A stretch of DNA of 64,000 nucleotides from Hyphomicrobium sp. GTDB taxonomy: Bacteria; Pseudomonadota; Alphaproteobacteria; Rhizobiales; Hyphomicrobiaceae. Under the pieces are notes generated by a model. It worked only from the letters and a program-made list of their open reading frames with translations. It was not told where the DNA came from and searched no databases. This document shows positions 1 to 9,330 of this stretch, piece by piece (the first letter of the stretch is position 1; each line of letters opens with the position of its first letter). A program made the position numbers and the translations under genes. The DNA lies in assembly GCF_003987855.1 (NCBI RefSeq), contig NZ_RXIZ01000003.1, positions 18,233 through 82,232 on the forward strand. The letters run 5' to 3'.

Positions 1-677
1 TCGGTTTTCCCGAGGCTGGCTACCCGGCTCCCCAGGGCGAGTACTACACGGGCGTTGGATACAAGAATGTCGGCGACGTCGCCCGCTCGATCGTTGAAGA
101 GCATCTCGACCTGTGCCTTGCTGCCGGCATCAACCACGAAGGCATCAACGCCGAAGTGGCGAAGGGCCAGTGGGAATTCCAGATTTTCGGCAAGGGCTCC
201 AAGAAGGCCGCTGACGAAATGTGGATCGCTCGCTATCTGCTTCTCCGCCTCACGGAAAAGTACGGCATCGATATCGAGTTCCACTGCAAGCCGCTCGGTG
301 ACACCGACTGGAACGGCTCGGGCATGCATGCCAACTTCTCGACCGAGTATCTGCGCACCGTCGGCGGCAAGCCGTACTTCGAGGCGCTGATGGCGCAGTT
401 CGACAAGAACCTGATGGATCACATCAACGTCTACGGTCCAGACAACGACAAGCGTCTGACCGGCAAGCACGAGACGGCACCGTGGAACAAGTTCAGCTAC
501 GGCGTTGCTGACCGTGGCGCTTCGATCCGCGTTCCGCACTCGTTCGTGAAGAATGGTTACAAGGGTTACCTTGAGGATCGCCGCCCGAACTCGCAGGGCG
601 ACCCATACCAGATTGCTTCTCAGATCCTCAAAACGATCTCCGAGGTTCCGACGGGCGCTGCCGCGAAGGCTGCTTAA
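1..677 (+). CDS. glnII: glutamine synthetase type II (GSII), 5' end lies outside the window
   Basis: The frame is open from position 3 into track ORF 156..677. The translation (GFPEAGYPAPQGEYYTGVGY...NAEVAKGQWEFQIFG...YGVADRGASIRVP...LEDRRPNSQGDPY) is the C-terminal catalytic half of eukaryote-like type II glutamine synthetase. Confidence 0.93.
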   Translation, partial: GFPEAGYPAPQGEYYTGVGYKNVGDVARSIVEEHLDLCLAAGINHEGINAEVAKGQWEFQIFGKGSKKAADEMWIARYLLLRLTEKYGIDIEFHCKPLGDTDWNGSGMHANFSTEYLRTVGGKPYFEALMAQFDKNLMDHINVYGPDNDKRLTGKHETAPWNKFSYGVADRGASIRVPHSFVKNGYKGYLEDRRPNSQGDPYQIASQILKTISEVPTGAAAKAA

Positions 678-686
678 GCCTTCAAA

Positions 687-720
687 TCATGGCGCCGGCT
701 CTCGCGAGTTGGCGCCATGA
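687..720 (+). terminator. hairpin after glnII (putative terminator)
   Basis: Perfect 10-bp inverted repeat TCATGGCGCC / GGCGCCATGA with a 14-nt loop, starting about 10 nt after the glnII stop. There is no clear T-tract, so its strength is uncertain. Confidence 0.45.
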
Positions 721-872
721 CTCTATCTGGCGTAGGTTCCGCCAGCCCCAATCTGCGGTCTTCCCGACGAATAATGAAACGGGACCGTCCGATGCTACGT
801 ACTCATCTGTGCACATGCCCGGAATTCGACCGGCATTGATGCATTAAGATCGGTTTACGTTAGAGATCGGAA

Positions 873-2615
873 ATGTTGCTGTTCATCCTCGCTTACCTTG
901 GCGGCGTCCTGACGATTGTCAGCCCGTGCATCTTGCCGGTGCTCCCTTTCGTATTCGCGCGCGCAGACAAGCCTTTCCTCCAGAACGGCATGCCGACGCT
1001 TCTCGGCATGGCCGCGACGTTCGCGGTGGTGGCCAGCCTTGCGGCGGTCGGAGGCGGATGGGCGGTCGCCGCAAATGAGTATGGACGCTACGCGGCTTTG
1101 ATCCTAGTTGCGGTTTTCGGGCTCGCCCTAGTATTCCCGGAACTGTCCGATCGTCTGTCACGGCCGCTCGTTGCGCTGGGTAACCAACTGTCGCAAAAGG
1201 CAGATGCGGCAGCCGAAGGGCATGCCTCCATTTGGCCGTCGCTTCTTCTCGGCGTCGCGATCGGTCTGCTGTGGGCCCCTTGCGCCGGGCCGGTGCTGGG
1301 TCTGATCCTTACCGGCGCCGCGCTGAACGGTGCAAGCACCGGTACGACGATTTTGCTGCTCGCCTATGCCGCTGGCGCGGCGACGTCGTTGGCGCTCGCG
1401 CTGCTTGCCGGCGGGCAGGTGTTCGCAGCCATGAAGAGGTCGCTGGGAGCCGGTGAGTGGGTGCGCCGCGGCGTCGGCGTGCTGGTCCTCGTTGCGGTTG
1501 CCGCTATCGCCCTCGGTGCCGACACCGGCGCCCTCACGCGACTGTCGGTCGCCAGTACTGGCGCGATCGAGCAGCGCCTCGTCGATGCGTTCGGCGGGCA
1601 TGCCGAAATGGCAAAGCAGGATGCGACAGGCGGTGAAGACAATTCCGATGACCTCCAGATTGAAGGCAAGATGCCGTCCATCGATGGTGCTGTCGCTTGG
1701 CTCAATTCAAAGCCGCTCACCCGCGAGGAGCTCAAAGGCAAAGTGGTGCTGATCGACTTTTGGACCTACTCGTGCATCAACTGCCTGCGCGCGCTGCCCT
1801 ACGTAGAGGCCTGGGCAAAGAAATATCAGAACGAAGGACTTGTGGTCATCGGCGTTCACGCGCCCGAGTTCGCCTTCGAAAAGAACATCGCGAACGTGAA
1901 GACGGCCGTCGCCGATCTCGGCATTACCTATCCCGTCGCGATCGACAATAATTACGCCATCTGGCGCGCGTTCAACAATGAGTATTGGCCCGCGCATTAT
2001 TTCATCGATGCGAACGGCGATATCCGCCACCACCACTTCGGCGAAGGCAAGTATGACGTCTCAGAGCGCGTCATCCAGAAGTTGCTGGCTGAAGCGGGAA
2101 ACAAGAATGTATCCACTGGTGTCGTCTCTGTCAGCGCATCGGGAATCGAAGCGAAGCCGTCCGAGACCGTGAACTCTCCAGAGACCTATGTCGGCTACCG
2201 CCGCGCGGAAAACTTCGTGTCGGCCGGTGGAGCTGTTCGCGACGTCTCGCACGACTACACTGGATCACCTCGCGACCTCAATGATTGGTCCTTAAACGGT
2301 AATTGGACGATCACACCGGAACACGCCCAGCTGAACGCGGCGGGCGGAAGCATCGCCTACAAGTTTCGCGCTCGAGATCTCCATCTCGTCTTGGGCCCCG
2401 GCGCCGATCAAAAGCCGGTGCGCTTTAAGATCACGATCGACGGCAAGGCTCCCGGGGACAATCACGGCGCCGACACGGATGCCGAGGGCACGGGCGTCGT
2501 GGCGAATGAACGGCTTTATCAGCTGGTTCGACAATCGGGTTCCGTCGAAGACCATGTCTTCAGGATCGAGTTTCTTGATCCAGGCGTTCAGGCATTCGCG
2601 TTTACGTTCGGGTGA
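873..2615 (+). CDS. dipZ: DipZ-type cytochrome c biogenesis / thiol:disulfide interchange protein (CcdA membrane domain + thioredoxin fold + C-terminal beta domain)
   Basis: The N-terminal multipass domain carries the CcdA/DsbD Cys motifs VSPCILPVLP and WAPCAGPVL. The periplasmic thioredoxin fold has WTYSCINC (CxxC). A long C-terminal extension matches DipZ proteins. Confidence 0.85.
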   Translation: MLLFILAYLGGVLTIVSPCILPVLPFVFARADKPFLQNGMPTLLGMAATFAVVASLAAVGGGWAVAANEYGRYAALILVAVFGLALVFPELSDRLSRPLVALGNQLSQKADAAAEGHASIWPSLLLGVAIGLLWAPCAGPVLGLILTGAALNGASTGTTILLLAYAAGAATSLALALLAGGQVFAAMKRSLGAGEWVRRGVGVLVLVAVAAIALGADTGALTRLSVASTGAIEQRLVDAFGGHAEMAKQDATGGEDNSDDLQIEGKMPSIDGAVAWLNSKPLTREELKGKVVLIDFWTYSCINCLRALPYVEAWAKKYQNEGLVVIGVHAPEFAFEKNIANVKTAVADLGITYPVAIDNNYAIWRAFNNEYWPAHYFIDANGDIRHHHFGEGKYDVSERVIQKLLAEAGNKNVSTGVVSVSASGIEAKPSETVNSPETYVGYRRAENFVSAGGAVRDVSHDYTGSPRDLNDWSLNGNWTITPEHAQLNAAGGSIAYKFRARDLHLVLGPGADQKPVRFKITIDGKAPGDNHGADTDAEGTGVVANERLYQLVRQSGSVEDHVFRIEFLDPGVQAFAFTFG

Positions 2616-2636
2616 CAAAAATCCAGAGCGAATGTC

Positions 2637-3179
2637 TCAACCCACGGATGCAGGATCCTTCCGCTCGCCGCGCGTATCGCCGGCGAGCCGCCAGAATGCC
2701 GCGAGTTTTGCTGCATCGTGATACTCGACCTGTTCGGCAATGCGAAATCCTTCCAGACGAAGGATCTGCCTAAGTGAGAGATTGATGGTGTGCCCTGACG
2801 CTTTGTGCCGGATGACCGCGGAGAGGCGCGTGCGGATGAGCCCGCGATCCTCACGAACTGAGTCGATGCGGGCCTGGCTATCGCAAGCATCCATTGATGC
2901 CCTAAGGCGTCGCCGCAAGTTGTCCTTTCCCTCGATCCTCAACGTTTCCCCGTTGGGACCGCCGGCATTCGTTATGTAGACGAGATCATCGACGTATTTT
3001 TCGAGCACGCCCTCAATGCTCCCGGAGTTCCAAGCCTCCTGAGACGCTAGCAGCATCGCCCTGACAGTCTCGATGTTTAAGCCCAAGGCCTGCCTTTTAT
3101 CCGAACCACGTCGGGGGAAATGGCCGACGATCGCTATGCTATTCATACATGAGCGGGTAAGGCGATTTCTACGTCGCAT
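2637..3179 (-). CDS. SnoaL/NTF2-like fold protein
   Basis: The segment NIETVRAMLLASQEAWNSGSIEGVLEKYVDDLVYI...LRLEGFRIAEQVEYHD has the pattern of SnoaL-like/NTF2 domains. The start is uncertain; Met at 3179 or 3146 are both possible. Confidence 0.6.
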   Translation of the reverse strand: MRRRNRLTRSCMNSIAIVGHFPRRGSDKRQALGLNIETVRAMLLASQEAWNSGSIEGVLEKYVDDLVYITNAGGPNGETLRIEGKDNLRRRLRASMDACDSQARIDSVREDRGLIRTRLSAVIRHKASGHTINLSLRQILRLEGFRIAEQVEYHDAAKLAAFWRLAGDTRGERKDPASVG

Positions 3180-3215
3180 TTGCGATTACAATGTTCGAGC
3201 TCGTGCAAATTCACT

Positions 3216-4103
3216 TTACCGGATTTCAGACGACCTGCGGCTAAGTTGGGCAGACCGCTTAGAGTGGCTCGAATATCTCCGCAACGTGCTTCGCTTCCGC
3301 GAGGCATATTTCGGCGCGGCTTTAACGGGGGGTGTGACGTCGGCGATCAACTGAACCGGGGCTTTGGCCTTCAGTTGCACGACTTTGTATCCGCCCTCTT
3401 TCAGTTTGAGCAGCAGTTGGGGTACTGCGTCTGCTGTCCACTTATGGATATCGTGCATCAAGATGATACCGCGCCCGCGCGCCTTCAGTCCGGCCATGAC
3501 ACGCGAAATGACGGGGCCGGAGCTTCGCATCCGCCAGTCTGAAGAGTCGATGTCCACGGCGAATTGCGCGATGTTCCGGCTCTTGAAATAGTCTTCAGCA
3601 AGCTTGCTGCTGCTCAGGTACGGGTAGCGGAAGAACGGTGCGACAGGCTCGGGGCTGTTTTTTTGGACGATGTTGATCGTCGCCTCAACCTCATGAGTTA
3701 TTTCCGGCAGGGTGAGACGCGCAACGTTGGGATGAGACCATGTGTGCGTACCGATCGTATGCCCCTGCGCAGCGACCTCTTTCACGACTTCGGGATGCGC
3801 AGCCACCATCTCGCCGACCATGAAGAAGGTCGCCTTCGTGCACTGTTTGGCGAGAGCTGCCAGAATCTCACGGGTGTCAGCCGGCGACGGGCCATCGTCG
3901 AATGTCAGGACGACCTCGCCGGGCGCGAGGAAATTGCGGTCACCGTGGGGTTCTCCAAACCAAGGCCCGTCCTTCGGATCAACCTCAATCGTGCGGGAGA
4001 CGCCGAGCGCGCCCGCCGGGCACGCCTCGTCCGCGATCACCGGAGGGCAAAGAGACAAAGCGACCATGGCCGCACTCAACGCAATCTTCCATCTCGCTCG
4101 CAT
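3216..4103 (-). CDS. polysaccharide deacetylase (NodB homology domain), secreted
   Basis: NodB motifs LTFDDGP and GTHTWSHP are present. The internal Met begins a signal-like MRARWKIALSAAMVALSL. The 77 codons upstream of it in track ORF 3216..4334 (GTG start) look non-coding. The start coordinate is from frame arithmetic and may be off by about 1 nt. Confidence 0.85.
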   Translation of the reverse strand: MRARWKIALSAAMVALSLCPPVIADEACPAGALGVSRTIEVDPKDGPWFGEPHGDRNFLAPGEVVLTFDDGPSPADTREILAALAKQCTKATFFMVGEMVAAHPEVVKEVAAQGHTIGTHTWSHPNVARLTLPEITHEVEATINIVQKNSPEPVAPFFRYPYLSSSKLAEDYFKSRNIAQFAVDIDSSDWRMRSSGPVISRVMAGLKARGRGIILMHDIHKWTADAVPQLLLKLKEGGYKVVQLKAKAPVQLIADVTPPVKAAPKYASRKRSTLRRYSSHSKRSAQLSRRSSEIR

Positions 4104-4355
4104 ACTTTGCCATCCCCCAGTTGGCACGCTGTGCGTGATCACAGGCGATGCCCCACTCCTGGCTCGCCGAACGCTCATACAACAAATTACGCAAAAACCG
4201 AACGGCGGCCGTGGGCCGCAAAGCTCGTGCCGGCACAATCTCGGCCTTTTTGCCCGCGATCGGTAGAATCCGGTGCCGGATAGGTCGCCAATCGGACGGA
4301 CATTTACCGGCTCGCAATCGAATCTCTGCCACACTTCCCTAGCAAAGTCCTTAAC

Positions 4356-5387
4356 ATGTCCCGGCCAGGAGATGACGTGCGCAAGTTCCTACTATTGTTA
4401 GGCTGTTTTGCCGCGAGCCCCCTGGTTGCCGAGGAGGCGAAGCTTAAAGGCGAAGCGATCAAAACGACGCTCGCCGGAGCCTTGATCGCGATCGATACGC
4501 CGGTCGGGAGCACTGTGTCCGTGCGGATCGGCCATGATGGCATGATGACAGGCGAAGCCGGAACGGCTCTGGGAGCTGTCCTTGGCGCGGCAAAGGACCG
4601 GGGTCGCTGGTGGGTCGCGCAAGATCAGGTCTGCTTTAAGTGGTTTCGTTGGTTCGACGCTGAAGAGCGCTGTGCCACGTTCACGATCGAGGGCACGCAT
4701 CTAACGTGGCGCAAGTCCGACGGCGACACCGGCACGGGCACGATTGTCGAGCAGGCTCAACCTGTCTCCAGACCAGCCGCGATCGTGGCCGAGGCGCCCA
4801 AGAAGTCCGAGCTGCCTGCGCACAAGGCCGAGCATAAGCCCACGATCCTCGCTGCCTCAGAATTGCCGGAGCCAAAACCGAAGTTATCGTCCTCCGTCAC
4901 TCCGCAAGCTAAGCCTTTGGCAGCTGCGGCTCCAGTGGTGAAAAAAACGGCCCCGCCGCACGAAACGGTCGTCGCGATGAGTGTTCCCCCGCCCCGACCT
5001 GCCGTTCGGCCGGCCGTTCATCACGACAAGGTCGCCGTCGCGTCCGTGAAGCCTCAGTTTTTCAAACCTGCAAAAGCGCGTGCGGCCAAGGTTGAGCCCA
5101 TCCGTGTTCAGGCTCCGACGGTTGAGCGCCATCCGTTCCGCGTCGCCGGTGTCGATCCCTCAGACGTGTTGAACATCAGAACCGGGCCCTCGTCGGACTA
5201 TCAGTCGGTCGGATCGATAGCGCCGGACAGCCGGGGTATCGCGATCACCGGACCTTGCCAGAACGATTGGTGTCCGGTGAAGCATCGGACGTTGGTAGGC
5301 TGGGTGAACCGCCGCTACCTCGCGGAGGAAACGGCTTCAAACACCGCAACAATTTCCGAACCGAACTATTGGGACCCGGCGCCCTGA
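4356..5387 (+). CDS. secreted protein with Ala/Pro-rich linker and C-terminal bacterial SH3 (SH3b) domain
   Basis: It has a signal-like N-terminus (FLLLLGCFAASPLVA), a low-complexity AP-rich middle, and a C-terminal segment FRVAGVDPSDVLNIRTGPSSDYQSVGSI...WCPVKHRTLVGWVNRRYL typical of SH3b. Confidence 0.7.
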   Translation: MSRPGDDVRKFLLLLGCFAASPLVAEEAKLKGEAIKTTLAGALIAIDTPVGSTVSVRIGHDGMMTGEAGTALGAVLGAAKDRGRWWVAQDQVCFKWFRWFDAEERCATFTIEGTHLTWRKSDGDTGTGTIVEQAQPVSRPAAIVAEAPKKSELPAHKAEHKPTILAASELPEPKPKLSSSVTPQAKPLAAAAPVVKKTAPPHETVVAMSVPPPRPAVRPAVHHDKVAVASVKPQFFKPAKARAAKVEPIRVQAPTVERHPFRVAGVDPSDVLNIRTGPSSDYQSVGSIAPDSRGIAITGPCQNDWCPVKHRTLVGWVNRRYLAEETASNTATISEPNYWDPAP

Positions 5388-5413
5388 CTTAGTCAGCCGC
5401 GCCCAAGGGCCTA

Positions 5414-6550
5414 CTAGCCTCCTGATAGGGCTACGACCCTGCGGAACCGAAGCAGCGCCACAAGCAAGAACAATCCCCCGATCAGGCCAACGGCAACGAA
5501 CTTTGGCCAAACGACATCGAAGCCGGCGCCGCGATAAAGTATTCCCTGAGCGAAGGCCACGAAGTGCGTCGAGGGTGATGCCTGCATTACCGCGCGAAGG
5601 AACGGCGGCATGCTTTCGAGCGGGGTATTGGCGCCGGACAGAAGGTTCAAAGGCACCGCGACCAAGATATACAGCAATCCTAGTTGCGGCATCGTTCGCG
5701 CAATCGTCGCCAGGAATATGCCGATCGCGGTCGAGAAAAACAGATAGATCATCACGCCAACCATGAAGAGTGGGATGGACCCGGCGATCGGGACATGCAG
5801 CAATCGCTGAACGACAAAAAACAGCGACAACGCGACGGCAATTGTGATCACGAGCGCGTTGGCCCAAATCTTCGACATGGCGATCTCGAAAGGCGTTACA
5901 GGCATGACGAGAAGGTGATCCATCGTTCCATGCTCGCGCTCGCGCACGATTGCCGCGCCGGCCAGAATGATCGCGAGCATGTTGACCGAACTGATGATGC
6001 CCATCACGGACGTGAACCAAGCCGTCGTGACATTTGGATTGAACGCAATACGCAACGATAGCGTCACTGCAGGGGTGGGCGTCGCTTCGCTGCGCGATAC
6101 GAATTTCGCTGTTTCGGCAGCAACAATCTGCTCGGCGTAACTCGAGCCGATCCCAGCCTGGATCATAGCAGTGGCATCTACGATGATTTGAATCGTGGGC
6201 TTTCGACCGCCTAGGACGTCGCTCTCGAATCTCGGCGGGATGTCGATGACGAACGTGTACTGCCCCGTATTCATTAGCCGATCGACATCGCGCTCGTCGA
6301 TGTACTGAGGCGTCTTGAAATAGGGCGGCAGAAAGCCCTGCGCGATCCGTCGCGACAGCTCCGAATGGTCCTCATCCACGATAGCTATGGAGGCGTTGTG
6401 AAGCTCCTGCGAGTTGCTCTGCGCCTGTGCGATCACAGCGAGCGAGAATGAATATATTACGAGGCCAAGCAAGACCCAGTCGCGCGAGAGACTGCGCAGC
6501 TCTTTCATCCCGAGCCAGTAGATGTTCGAAAGCTTGCGCATCAGCATCAC
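5414..6550 (-). CDS. yhhJ: ABC-2 type transporter permease (YhhJ-like)
   Basis: One N-terminal TM is followed by a large loop and then a cluster of C-terminal TM helices, the ABC-2 layout. The start overlaps the upstream stop (GTGATG / TGA at 6545..6550). Size and position match E. coli yhhJ downstream of rbbA. Confidence 0.85.
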   Translation of the reverse strand: MMLMRKLSNIYWLGMKELRSLSRDWVLLGLVIYSFSLAVIAQAQSNSQELHNASIAIVDEDHSELSRRIAQGFLPPYFKTPQYIDERDVDRLMNTGQYTFVIDIPPRFESDVLGGRKPTIQIIVDATAMIQAGIGSSYAEQIVAAETAKFVSRSEATPTPAVTLSLRIAFNPNVTTAWFTSVMGIISSVNMLAIILAGAAIVREREHGTMDHLLVMPVTPFEIAMSKIWANALVITIAVALSLFFVVQRLLHVPIAGSIPLFMVGVMIYLFFSTAIGIFLATIARTMPQLGLLYILVAVPLNLLSGANTPLESMPPFLRAVMQASPSTHFVAFAQGILYRGAGFDVVWPKFVAVGLIGGLFLLVALLRFRRVVALSGG

Positions 6551-9330
6551 GTTTCCTGCTTGCGCAAAAGGATCAAGCTGAGGAACGTGAGACAGGGAAT
6601 AAAAAGCGCTAAAATTCCTATATGCCGCGCGAGATCGAAAAAGCTGAGGCCCTTTGTAAAGGTTCCCACGCTGATCGGGACATAGTAGGTCATCGGAAAC
6701 AGCCGGCCGAGAATCGCGCCAAATCCCGTGATCGATGAGACCGGCGTCATCATTCCGGAGAACATCGTGGCCGGCAGCACCGTCATGATGGCGGTTCCAA
6801 ACAGGGCCGCGATCTGCGTTCGCGTGAAGGAAGAAATGACCATCCCGTACCCGGTGGTGGCGGTCACGTAGGCAAGCGATCCAAGCAATAGAGCCAAGAA
6901 GCTTCCCTTCAGCGGCACGTTGAAAATGAAGAGTGCCATCAGGAACAGAACCAGGAAGTTGATCATCGCCACGGCAACATACGGAATCTGCTTGCCGATA
7001 AGAAACTCGAGCCGCGTGACCGGCGTAACGTACAGGTTCGTGATCGAGCCAAGCTCTTTCTCGCGTACGATCGCAAGCGCCATCAAGATTGCCGGAATGA
7101 GTGCCAGCTGCATCGCGATAGTCGATGGCACCATTGCATAGATGCTGTCGAAATCTTGATTATAGCGGAAGCGAACCTCGATGTTCTCAGGGGCGTCGGC
7201 CCTCGACAGCCCGACGTGGCCCCGGATCGCCGGATCCGAGAGAAATTGCTGGTGCGCACCCTGAATATAGCCACGAATGGTCTCGGCTCGAAACGGCATC
7301 GCGCCATCCACCCAGACGGCCACCTCCGTCGGCCTTCCACGCCGGATATCGCGTCCAAAACCAGGCGGGATCTCCACCGTCGCCGAAACCGCTCCGCTCT
7401 TTAAGCGGTTCTGCAAGTCAGCCGCGTCCTTGAGCGGCGGCTGTTCGACGAAGTAGGCCGAGCCTCGCAATTCGCCGAGATACGCCCGGCTCTCGAAACT
7501 GTCGTCACGATCTAGGACGGCGAACGACAGGGAATTGACATCCGTCGTTATTCCGAACCCGAAGATGAGCATGAGAAAGGCAGTGCCCAGAAGCGCGAAG
7601 CTCATGCGGATTGGGTCGCGCCACAACTCAAGAGCCTCTCTGATCGTGTAGGCCATCATCCGCCGTGGGGAGAAACTTTCCAAAACCTCTTCCGCCGTCG
7701 CGTTTTCGGCCCGTGCCGACAGCGAGCCAATTTCAAACTGAGGCTGATGATCCTTGGGCCGCTTGGGAGCGGCTTCCTCCAAGTATGAAATGAACGCGTC
7801 TTCCAGCGTTGCCGCGTTGCGAGCTCGCATCAAGTTTTCTGGCGTATCGGTCGCAAGAACGCGTCCGGCGTTCATGAGCGCAATCCGGTCACAGCGCGCC
7901 GCCTCGTTCATGAAATGCGTCGACACAAAGATCGTCACGCCGTTCTTTCGCGACAGCTCGATCAACAACTCCCAAAATCCGTCTCTCGCAATCGGATCGA
8001 CGCCAGACGTTGGCTCATCGAGAATGAGAAGCTCTGGTTCGTGTACGACAGCAACGGCGAGCGACAGTCGCTGCCGGATGCCGAGCGGAAGATCCTCCGC
8101 GAGCTTGTCGATGTAATCAGCCAGTCCGAACCGGTCGACAAGGTAGGCAAGGCGATCCTTGATCGCGGCAGGCGCTAGGTTGAAAAGCCTCGCATGCAAA
8201 TCAAGATTTTGCCGCACCGTAAGCTCGCTGTAGAGAGAGAAAGCTTGCGACATGTAACCGACGCGCATTCGAGAGCGCATGTCGTTGGCGTCGATGGGAT
8301 CGCCAAAAAGTGTTGCACTCCCTTCATTCGACGGCAGAAGCCCCGTCAGCATTTTCATCGTGGTCGATTTCCCGCAGCCGTTTGAGCCCAGGAAGCCGAA
8401 AATCTCTCCGCGCCCGATATCGAAGCTCACGTGATCTACTGCGGTGAAATCGCCGAAGCGACGCGTGAGATCGCGGGCAACAATCACCGCGTCATCGGCA
8501 ATTTGGCTTCTTGGCGGTATCGTGAGGGTATGTCGACCTGACTTTATTTCAGTCGGCAGAAGCTCGATGAAAGCTTCTTCTATGGTGCCTTTCGCAGTCT
8601 TTTCCTTAAGGTCCGATGGCGAGCCCGTTGCCAGAACTTTGCCGGCGTTCATTGCCACCAGCCAATCAAAGCGTTCTGCTTCGTCCATGTAGGCCGTTGC
8701 GACCGCAACACTCATGCCCGGTCGACGCGAGCGCATTTCTCCGATGAGTTCCCAGAACTGGCGGCGAGAGAGGGGGTCCACGCCGGTAGTGGGTTCGTCA
8801 AGAAGCAGCAGATCCGGATCGTGCACGAGAGAGCAGCAAAGTCCGAGCTTCTGCCGCATGCCTCCAGACAATTTTTGGGCTGGACGGTCCGCGAATGGCT
8901 CCAGACCCGTGCTTTCAAGCAGGTTGGCGATGCGCGCCTCTCGCTCCAATCGCGCCTGGCCAAAGAGACGGGCAAAGAACTCGATGTTCTCTCGCACGCT
9001 GAGGTCCGGATAAAGATTCTTACCCAATCCCTGAGGCATATACGCAATGCGTGGGCAAATCCCTCTTCGCGCGACCGCGCTCGACATGTCGGCATCAAAG
9101 ACAGTAACGCGGCCGGATTGAATCTGCCGTGCGCCTGAGATCAGCGCCAGTAGCGTTGACTTGCCGACTCCGTCCGGGCCTATAAGTCCAATCATTTGGC
9201 CGGACGGCAATTCAATCGTTAGATTGTCGAGCGCGGCCACGGTGCCGTACCTGTGGGTGACGCCTTCCAGGCAAGCGACGGCTGGTCCGCCTGTCGCGTT
9301 CACGGCGTCCCCTTGAGGCGCTCCGGCCAA
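6547..9330 (-). CDS. rbbA: fused ABC transporter, ATPase-ATPase-permease (RbbA/YhiH-like)
   Basis: Two Walker A motifs (GPDGVGKST, GSNGCGKST) and two ABC signatures (LSGGMRQKL, LPLGIRQRL) are followed by a C-terminal ABC-2 membrane domain. An in-frame GTG at 9303 makes a GTGA overlap with the upstream stop and may be the true start. Confidence 0.9.
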   Translation of the reverse strand: MAGAPQGDAVNATGGPAVACLEGVTHRYGTVAALDNLTIELPSGQMIGLIGPDGVGKSTLLALISGARQIQSGRVTVFDADMSSAVARRGICPRIAYMPQGLGKNLYPDLSVRENIEFFARLFGQARLEREARIANLLESTGLEPFADRPAQKLSGGMRQKLGLCCSLVHDPDLLLLDEPTTGVDPLSRRQFWELIGEMRSRRPGMSVAVATAYMDEAERFDWLVAMNAGKVLATGSPSDLKEKTAKGTIEEAFIELLPTEIKSGRHTLTIPPRSQIADDAVIVARDLTRRFGDFTAVDHVSFDIGRGEIFGFLGSNGCGKSTTMKMLTGLLPSNEGSATLFGDPIDANDMRSRMRVGYMSQAFSLYSELTVRQNLDLHARLFNLAPAAIKDRLAYLVDRFGLADYIDKLAEDLPLGIRQRLSLAVAVVHEPELLILDEPTSGVDPIARDGFWELLIELSRKNGVTIFVSTHFMNEAARCDRIALMNAGRVLATDTPENLMRARNAATLEDAFISYLEEAAPKRPKDHQPQFEIGSLSARAENATAEEVLESFSPRRMMAYTIREALELWRDPIRMSFALLGTAFLMLIFGFGITTDVNSLSFAVLDRDDSFESRAYLGELRGSAYFVEQPPLKDAADLQNRLKSGAVSATVEIPPGFGRDIRRGRPTEVAVWVDGAMPFRAETIRGYIQGAHQQFLSDPAIRGHVGLSRADAPENIEVRFRYNQDFDSIYAMVPSTIAMQLALIPAILMALAIVREKELGSITNLYVTPVTRLEFLIGKQIPYVAVAMINFLVLFLMALFIFNVPLKGSFLALLLGSLAYVTATTGYGMVISSFTRTQIAALFGTAIMTVLPATMFSGMMTPVSSITGFGAILGRLFPMTYYVPISVGTFTKGLSFFDLARHIGILALFIPCLTFLSLILLRKQET

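Noticed and set aside
3564-4283. A 239-aa plus-strand ORF and other ORFs antisense to the polysaccharide deacetylase
   Set aside because: It is antisense to a CDS with clear NodB motifs. Its translation is Arg-rich with no recognisable domain.
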